This document shows, one piece after another, positions 9,865-19,200 of a stretch of DNA of 51,705 nucleotides. This DNA is from an uncultured Clostridia bacterium (GTDB lineage: Bacteria; Bacillota; Clostridia; Christensenellales; UBA1242). Position numbers and translations under genes: made by a program. A model generated the notes under the pieces. That model saw only the letters and a program-made list of their open reading frames with translations, was not told where the DNA came from and did not search any database. How positions within the stretch are numbered: position 1 is the stretch's first letter; the number at the start of each line of letters is the position of its first letter. The stretch covers positions 1 to 51,705 of the forward strand of contig CAMLYK010000003.1 in the NCBI GenBank assembly GCA_946491735.1, in the 5' to 3' direction.

Positions 9865-10110
9865 CTATGAACCAAAAATTTGTTTTTTCAATAAATCATA
9901 TTCAGCATCTGTTGCTATATTGAATTCTTTTACTACACGTTCATAAATCGCAATCACTTCTTTGTTTTGAGTCTTAGATTTGGCTTTTTCCAGCATCTTT
10001 TCAGCCACTTTTATTGCGCCCTTTCTGTCCAAGCGATTGTCAATACCCACAATTGTTTCTATGACGTCCATACATTTATTTTCAAATTCTTCAGTACTTA
10101 ACTCAGCCAT
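9865..10110 (-). CDS. Small helical hypothetical protein heading the sepF operon
   Basis: SD GAGGTG before ATG 10110; its stop overlaps the sepF SD. Confidence 0.75.
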   Translation of the reverse strand: MAELSTEEFENKCMDVIETIVGIDNRLDRKGAIKVAEKMLEKAKSKTQNKEVIAIYERVVKEFNIATDAEYDLLKKQIFGS

Positions 10111-10128
10111 ATGCACCTCTTTATATAT

Positions 10129-10157
10129 ATTTTAATGATTGCTATCAATTTTGTCAA
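10129..10157 (-). promoter_or_regulatory. sigmaA promoter of the orf-sepF-lspA-rluD operon
   Basis: TTGACA-17 nt-TAAAAT. Confidence 0.7.
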
Positions 10158-10211
10158 CAATTTCAATAATCTTAAATAATTGTAACATTTTATTTATTTC
10201 TATTAAAAAAA

Positions 10212-10240
10212 CAAAAAGTTCGTGAATCACGAACTTTTTA
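10212..10240 (-). terminator. Intrinsic terminator of the giant gene
   Basis: AAAAAGTTCGTG-AAT-CACGAACTTTTT perfect palindrome just after the stop codon. Confidence 0.85.
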
Positions 10241-10245
10241 TTTAA

Positions 10246-13200
10246 CTATGCATTTGGCTTGAGAACAATTATCCTAAATTGCAATGTATATTGAGTTTGC
10301 AAAGGAGTTCCTGTGGTCAAAGTATATAATATTTCTAGCTGATTTGAGTTTGGATTGTCTATAAAATATTGATTTATCATTGCACCATTCAACATTATAT
10401 TCCCTGTGTAATTTCCATCGCTTTGTTCAAATAGAGTCGTATAATTCGTTGAACTTTCCACAATTGAATTGATCAAATTCAAATTTTCTTCACTTAACTC
10501 AACATACTGACCTTCAGCATCTTGAATGTACAGTCCTACCTCACTTCCTGAACCAAGCAAACTGACAGTTAGATTTTCTGCCGTATTGCTAGCAGTTATC
10601 TCAACAAATGGATACAAAGGAAGCTGGAATTCTACATTGAATGTCAAGGTGACTCCACTATAAATAGCTGTATAACTCAAATTCAATAAAGTGACATTAG
10701 GATTTTCATTTTTGTACACTCTCAAAGTGTCTTTTGTTACCGTTATTGTTCTACTATTGATATCGATATTACTGTAATCATTTGTAGAATTTTCAGTCAA
10801 AGATGCTAGTAAACTTTCTGTTCCATTTGCTCCAAATGACGTTTCAGTAAATGCACCACTGACATCATTTTGATATGTAGAGAACTTTCCATTCAAATCA
10901 AGTACTGAATCTACATCCATATAGTTTACTTGGAAGAACCATGACTGGAAGTTTCCGCCGTAGTCCACATTTACAATTCTATCATCTTCTGAAGCTATCG
11001 CATACATTGTTGTCACTAGGTTATACAATTCATCGCCCGAGCCAATATATGTGACTTCATACAATTCGTATGTTCGCTCATTTACTGTAATTGTACCTAT
11101 TTGACTGCCCAATTCATAACTTGTAGCATTGTTTACCCAATTGATTGATGGAGTGTCACTTGATGCATATACTCCGACTACATAATAGTTCAAGTATGAA
11201 GTATTATTGCATTGATTTGCCAAGAACATATCACGCACTCTGAATTGTCCTTTTGCAGTAATTGCATTCGTAGTGGTCAATTTGAATCCATTTGTTCCAT
11301 CATATCCGTCTATATGGATTATTGCATTATTGCTTTCAGACATTACATCCAAATCTGCAATCAATTCATTATTGAACAGTTTATTGTTTGCCACATCGTA
11401 TCTATTTAGATCCGTCCAGTTAGTACTTATATATGGATTTGACAAATTGATACCAAACGTTCCATTAGCATACTGACTAGCCGTTGATGCATTTTCAATA
11501 TATTCTAATACGAAATAGATGCTAGTAACACTGCCTGTAAATCCGTTCATATTGGACAATCTTATACTTGATACTGAATCAATAAAGGTCTTAAACTCGG
11601 TAATGCTGTTATATTCAGTGCTAAATAGTGATCTATTTATCACCTCATTTTGTTGAATACCCGTGCCATAATATACGTTGTCGTACACTAAGGTTCTCGT
11701 TACTGTATAATTTGTTACTTGTGATACGCCTTGCATTATGATTATAGAATAAGCGCTATTAGCTGTTTCAATTCTGATAGTATAGCCGTTTGTTGAAGAA
11801 TAAGTTCCGTCGTCATTTCTTGAATATACTCCAGTATATGCTGACACACTCGTCTCTACATCCATAACAATGTTTCTATTACTATCCAATCTTAATGTAA
11901 ATGTGTTGTCACTTTCGTCTGTATAGACTTCAGCAAAGTAGAACATGTCAACATAATTTCCATTGATCAAATCATTATCAACATCAATAACTGTATATTG
12001 TGCATTAGGACTGATACTAGCATTATTATAGACTTTATATGTTACATAACTAGCGGCAGTTGTTTGATTCAAATATGTAAACTCTATTCTATACGTAACA
12101 TTATAATAATCATAATTTGGTGCGCTAGATTGTGGCACGCTTGGTAGAACAAGAGAAACAGTGTTAGTATTGAATATATTATTGTATGTCGCATCTACCG
12201 CATTAATTTGATCAGCATTTTCAAATACAGAATTGACATTTATAGTTTCAGTGAATGGAGTGATCACATAATTTACTTGTATTCCTTCTAATTCAAATGA
12301 ATTTGTCACATTTGGATTTAAATTTAATTCCCCATGCGTGTTAGACATTACAATACCTGTATCTGCAAAATTCGATGTGCTAGATATCACATTCACACTC
12401 GTACCAGATGTGAAGCCCTCTCCATTAGATTGAACAAGAATGTTGTTTTCTCCATTGACAGAAGGATATTCCAGTGTGATAAATCCTAATACGTTGATAT
12501 TCCAAAGGACTGAATATGTTCCATTTTCTCTGAGATCAATGTCAAGTTGCAAGATTAGCGAACCTGTGAAGTCTTTGTGAATATTGATAGCAAAATTTGT
12601 ACTATCAATTGATACATATTCTGTACCCCAATTAGAAACCTCTGTTATTCTAATGCTTTGAACATCGGTAATTTCATCCAATCCGTCAACAGTGAATAAT
12701 TGTAATTGAAGATCGTATGAATATGTAGTACCGTCATATACAATATTTTGAGTATTATTTCTAACTCGCAAATTTTCTGTGTAATTTAATCCTGTATTAC
12801 CACCAGTATTGCCTATATTATTTGTAGTCAAAATATAATTTGTGTAGAATTCATCTTCTCCAGAGGACATCGATTGACCGTTCACTCTAAAATCGAAGTT
12901 TGGACGCAAATAGAAGTTATATTGTATTGTACCGATATAATATCCATCAGCGTCTGACACTCGGAAGTAAAGCGTCACATTGGCAATTGCTCCAACCGCT
13001 TTTGTCATAATCAAATTTCTTTGGACATCGCCTGAACCAATGCTCTCATAATTAAATATTGCATTATTTGTTTGACTGATATAAACTCTTTCAAACCCTG
13101 TAATTATATAAGAACTAACATTCCCGCTAGTGCCCATAACAAGTTGAGCATTGCTCAATGACAATTCACTCAAGTCTGGCAAATTAGATCTAATAGATAT

Positions 13201-16200
13201 CTTATCAGATAAATCTACTTGCTCGCCTGCATAAATTGTATCATATGAAGTCGAATATGCACTTTCAAGAGTGTAATTATAGAAACGAATTTCTAGTGTC
13301 CTGCCCACAAATTCTGACCCTGAATACACATTAATAAGGTTACCACTATCTCCATACATGGTGAGAGTAAGTGACAATGTGCCAAATGGATCATATCCAA
13401 CCTCTCTTTGCAGACCAACATACAATTGTCTTCCTGAGCCTAATCTTATTGTTATAATTAAACTATTTCCATTGTTGTTAGTCAACACAATTGAATATAC
13501 AATATCATCTGGATAATTGCTGTTTTCTACTCTATCTAATTTTGTCACTTGATAGTTAGAAGTGTTCACACCTTCTACACGAATAGCCAAATTCGTGATA
13601 TAGAATACGCTATTATTTCCATCGAACAATGAAGCAATATGTTCACCAAGCATCACTGTTTGACCATACACGGTATCCGTGTCTCCATAAACGAATGAAC
13701 TGTTTGCAGTAGTATCTGTAATGGTCATTGCAACGTATTCATTATTGCCTATGACGCTATTAGTTTCTATTTGATAATCCAAGCCATCTTTGTACTCACT
13801 ACTGCTCATCAGTTGATATTGATATGTGATATTTGTCAATCCCGCACTGTTTGAAATATACAAGTTTGTCATTCTATTACTATCTACTGAAGTGAATGAA
13901 AGTGTCGGTTCGGTAGCGCTCATATTCATATTGTCGCCAGTAGTAAAATTGATATAATTTGGACTTGACGGATTTGTAAATCCTATATTATAAGGATCAT
14001 AATCAGTGATTTGATTTTCACTTAAATCAACCAATGCAATACGACGCGTATTCAAAATATTGGTATTGGTTGTATCTGATATGTCTGATACATTGCTATC
14101 ATCAATGGTATTAAATAATTCATTATAGATATTTGGAATTATATAACTGTTAATGACATTTTCATGATTAGCACCTTTGACATAGTAAATTGGCAAAATT
14201 GTTGAATATGTCCTAATCGCATTTACATAGAAGTTGACAATTCTATTTGACCCACCTGCTTGATACGATGTGTTAGAGTCGATATCTCGTATTGTGATAT
14301 ATAATATCAATGCCTGATTTTGAGCCGAATGAACGAAGTTGACATCTTCTTCTGCATCGACTGTCTGAATCTTGATACCATCATCATTTTCTGTCAAATT
14401 AATATAATCATCATTTGAGAAAGTAATGTCGAGAACGCTTGCTTTGCTAGTATAAATATTTAGTCCTCCGACATAATATCTAGTCACTCCAGATATATCA
14501 TTAGTGCTAGAATTTATTGTTATTCTACTTCCTGTAGAATTCAAATACAAATTATCTATACCTTCGCTAGTTGATGTCATCGCCGTATCCTGACTTTGTC
14601 CAATGCCCGATTGTGGTTGAGATACATAAAGTCCACTGAGTACGTTAGTTGTAATAGTTCTAGTATATTTAGCATCATTTTCATCTACTATATCATCAAA
14701 CTGTATTACAAATTGAACAGTATAATTTGACGTTGTTTGATCGAATTCGAGATAATGCTTGTCATTGTCAAGGTCGTAGATATATCTCATGCCCATATTG
14801 TTGTCAAATGTTATAATGTTGTCACTGCCCACATCTACTGTACCTTGAGCAAGGTCAATAGTAGCCATTATATCACTCGAATTATCATTTAATATTGACA
14901 AATCCTTATTGTAATTACCTATCAGGGTCGACAAATCTAATCTATTGTCAAAGTAACTATTGATAACCCCTTCATCGTCATTGCTTTGTATAAACTGACC
15001 AACCGTCACAGACACGGCATTTGTGTCAATTCCAATTTGTTCATAAGTATAGTGAACTATAACGACGAATACATTTGAACTATCTCCAATAGTATAGATA
15101 TACTTCACACTAAATTGCAAATCTTCATTATTGACATAACTATTGAATACAACTGTAGTATCATTCAAACTGATAATCAAGTTTCCATTAGAACTTATAG
15201 AATCAGTTGAATAAGTATAGCCATCCTCTCCTTCTACAATTTCAGCAGACCAAACACCTCCATAAGTTATGCCAGAATCTATTCTGTCATTTACATTAGT
15301 GAATGGAATTTCAAATTCTTGAACATCAGTGGTTATAGTTTTGGTATATTGTCCTGTTTCCACGTTATTTATTAATGGAAGCACGACTGCATTTCCTTCT
15401 GCATCTTGACGTACCACTTCTTCATAAATTGGCAGTACATAGACTTCAAGATTACCCAAATACAATCTCGTATTGCTAGAATTCAAAATCATACCTATTT
15501 TTAGATATGTATAATTGTCGATTGCTGGCAAACTTTCTTCATCAATCTTTGAATGTGTACTATAATCAACCAATTCAAACTCACCTTCGAGCATATCTGC
15601 TTCTAATAAATAGAAATCAACATTTGAATAATTAATATTTGCACCAAAGTTGTTTGCAAAGAAATTAGTATCAATGCTATAACCTAAGAATGTTCCATTT
15701 TCTGTATTGATATAATTTGATTCAGATTGATTGCCCACTGAATTGAATACAAAACTGTTTGTATAATCTACGTTATTATAACTTGTAAATAATTGATTGT
15801 ACAAGTATACAAAATAGTATCCTACACTACCAGATTCGGAAGTAATTTTGAAAATAAAATATCCATAATTTCCGCTGGCAAATGTGATATCTTCATTGAA
15901 TGTTATCGTATTATCTTGCTCATTGATTACTATTTTGCCACTATTATAATAATTTCTTATAATCGCATTATTTTGATATGCTATCAATTCAATATCAAAA
16001 TCTGCACCAGACAAGACATTATTATTGATTTGGTCATAAATTACAACACGTCTGATAGATTGATTTTCATCATAATCCATATCAATGGTCTGATTTATAT
16101 TCACTGGCTCAAAATAGTAAGGAACTCCATCTATTGTCTGAATAGTGATTGTATATACATTTTCTCCTTGAACCTGAACACCTAATAGATTATTAGCATC

Positions 16201-19200
16201 AGTTTGAGCATCCTCTCCAACGAACACAAAATTAGAGGTCCTGCCTGTCAATGTGCTATCCTGATATGGTGATGAGATGAGAACACTTTGTCTATTATAT
16301 ATACTTATAGTACGTGTGAATGTATATGTTATTCCATCATTATATGTGATAGTATATGTCACATTCACAGTCTCGCTATTTCCATTAAACTCGCTGGTAT
16401 ATGCGTGTGCTCCATAGTTGGTCACTCCGATGTACCCACTGCCCAAGAATGAAGTGTTTGTAAACAAACTTTCATCATCAACAGCAGTGACTATCATAGA
16501 ACTAATCAAATAACTATCAATATCTAAATCAACTAATAATGACTCTAAATCATATAGATCATTCAACAAATCAACAGAAGTTGAAGCCCCTGAATAAATT
16601 GTTGCATCAATCTCATCTGGAGCAAGCGGAGTCAAACGAATTGCAAAGGCATCAGTTTCTGATGTCGTATAGATTAATCTTCTGGTTACACCGCCATTTT
16701 CATAAGTAAATGTAAATGTCAATACAACATCATTTCGAACTCCGTTCAAGTTTGTAATCAATTTGAATGTATTGTTATCTACAGTGAATTCAAGGTCAGA
16801 ATAATTTGATTGAATGCTAGTTAAACTGTAGTCTGCATTATTCAATATTGATATGAATGACTGATAACTTATATTAGACATTATAGTATAAACATTGTCC
16901 GAATAATCAGGGAAATTGTCTCCTTGCGTTTCTCTACTGATTTCATATCTATTGTATAGGACAACATCAGTATTCAACAATTCTAGATTTCTAGTGACGC
17001 TTCCCACATCATATCTGTAATACACGGTGACGTTCTCTGTGATTTCTTCTCCTATATTTTCAAGCCATGCGACAGTGAAATTCGCATCAGCTGAATTCAT
17101 GCTGATCAAAGAATTGTCAATTAATCCTAAAGATAAATTAGAATACAACACGCTGGCATCTTCCAGATCAGTCTCTGAATAGATCGCTCCGCTACCTTGT
17201 CCATATACTTTGCCTACAGTTGTATAACTCATAAGGGTGACGAAATCACTCAAAGCATGTGTATCTCCTGCGCTAAATCTTGGAGTTATATCTTCAAAAT
17301 TCGAATTGATTCTAGCTACAACGTTAGGAACAATATTTATAGTGTAAGAATCTAATTGTCTACCACTATAATAGAATGTGAACACGTATGATCCCACTTC
17401 TTCAAAGACGAACTCTGAATTGTTGATAGTGCCCATATATTGTTCGCCATTGATTGCTAATTGTGCAGTAATTTCCGTACCGCCCATTGAATTTTTTATT
17501 TTGAATACTGGCTCATTGCTCGTATCGCCCGTTTCGCTCACTTCGTATATGAATACAGACGTACCTTGATAATAATTGCTCCAATTAGAATTCAAATTAA
17601 TTTCTATGCTTGAAGTAAACGTCAATGCAAAAGAGACAGTTTCACATGCCTTGACATCTATATCAAAACTAATAATCAATTCCGCATACATGTAACTTAT
17701 GCGATTGAATGTCCAACCCGATTCGTTACCCACTATTTCCAGCACTGTCTGATCATCGCTTGTTACAATATTAAATCCAGAACTTGTAGCCTCAACAGAC
17801 AAATCTCTATCTCCACCGAATTGAATGACTGAGACATTTTCAAGTGTTACATTCGTACTGTTGATAGCTAATTCAACGTTATTTCCATTATTATTGTATG
17901 TATAATCAATAAATGTATCTAGGCTGACAGAAGGTAGATCCGTAGTTGCCTCACCCGTACCATCGACAAAACTCAAATTGAATCTACTATCACCTAAATT
18001 CATTTCCTCAGTCTCTATAATTACAGCAAAATATCTGATGATATCATCACAACTCACTGACAATACTGCACTGCCAATTTTGTTGACAGCAATATTGACA
18101 TTGCCACTTGAGTTGATGTCAAAAATGCTAGGTGAATTTGAGGCATAAGATAGATTGTGTGAAATTCCATTTATAATCGGATTGACTAAAAATCCTCCCA
18201 ATTCATTTGTAGTAACAGTTGAAGTCAAATTGAACAATTTTGTATATATTTCATCGTCAACAAGTTCAATTTCCACATCTCTATGAACGATATAATATGT
18301 ATACGTGAAATCATTTGCATCCAAATCATATCCAATTTGTACTCTTATATAGAAATCAGGCAAAGTAGATGTTGGTAATGCGGTTTCTGGGCTGTCGTAT
18401 AGTTGTACATTATATACATTGTTATTTCCACTGTCATCTGTTCCGTTAATATAGGTAAAATAAATATCTGTTGCGGCGGTGCTTTCAATATAGATTTTAT
18501 CAGATACAATTTCTATACCATTATATAAGAATACTATCCTCAAGTAAGAATCAGGATTAGACAATGCACTTGAGCATGAATAGCTTAATTGAAGGTTGCC
18601 ATCAGTGAAAGTCAAACTATTAAAATCTATTGCATCAGAATTCGTTGACATCAATTGATCGGTTGATGAGTATAGATATACTCTCATATTGTCGCCAGTA
18701 TTGATGTCAAGCACTCCAGTATTGTACAAGTCTTGTAACATATTTGTGACATTAGAACTCAAAGTCCATGTGTGCCTATCCGTATTCTCAACTACGTGAA
18801 TATTTCCATCTATTATGTTGACGAAAGCATCTGTGCCTCCAATTTCTTCTCCGTCAATGCTGAAAGCATTATAATCATAGTTTATCTGATCAGTCAAAAT
18901 GTTGTAACTAACATTGATTGTAACACGTCTAGCATCGGATATGAAACTGTTCACCACTTCTGCCACCGGGTCCAAGGTCTGTGTTTGACTCCTATTGCCT
19001 AGACAGACATCCTGACCATCTCTAGTTAATGAAACAAATTCACACACGTAATCTAAATTGCCGTTTGCACCTTGAACTGTCACAACCAAATTATTATTTT
19101 CTATTCTAAAATCTGTGATATTTAGAGTCACATCTTCAGATGTCACGACTTGCTCGCCGTCTATCCAGCTCAAATTCACATATTTAGTTTCAAATTCTCC

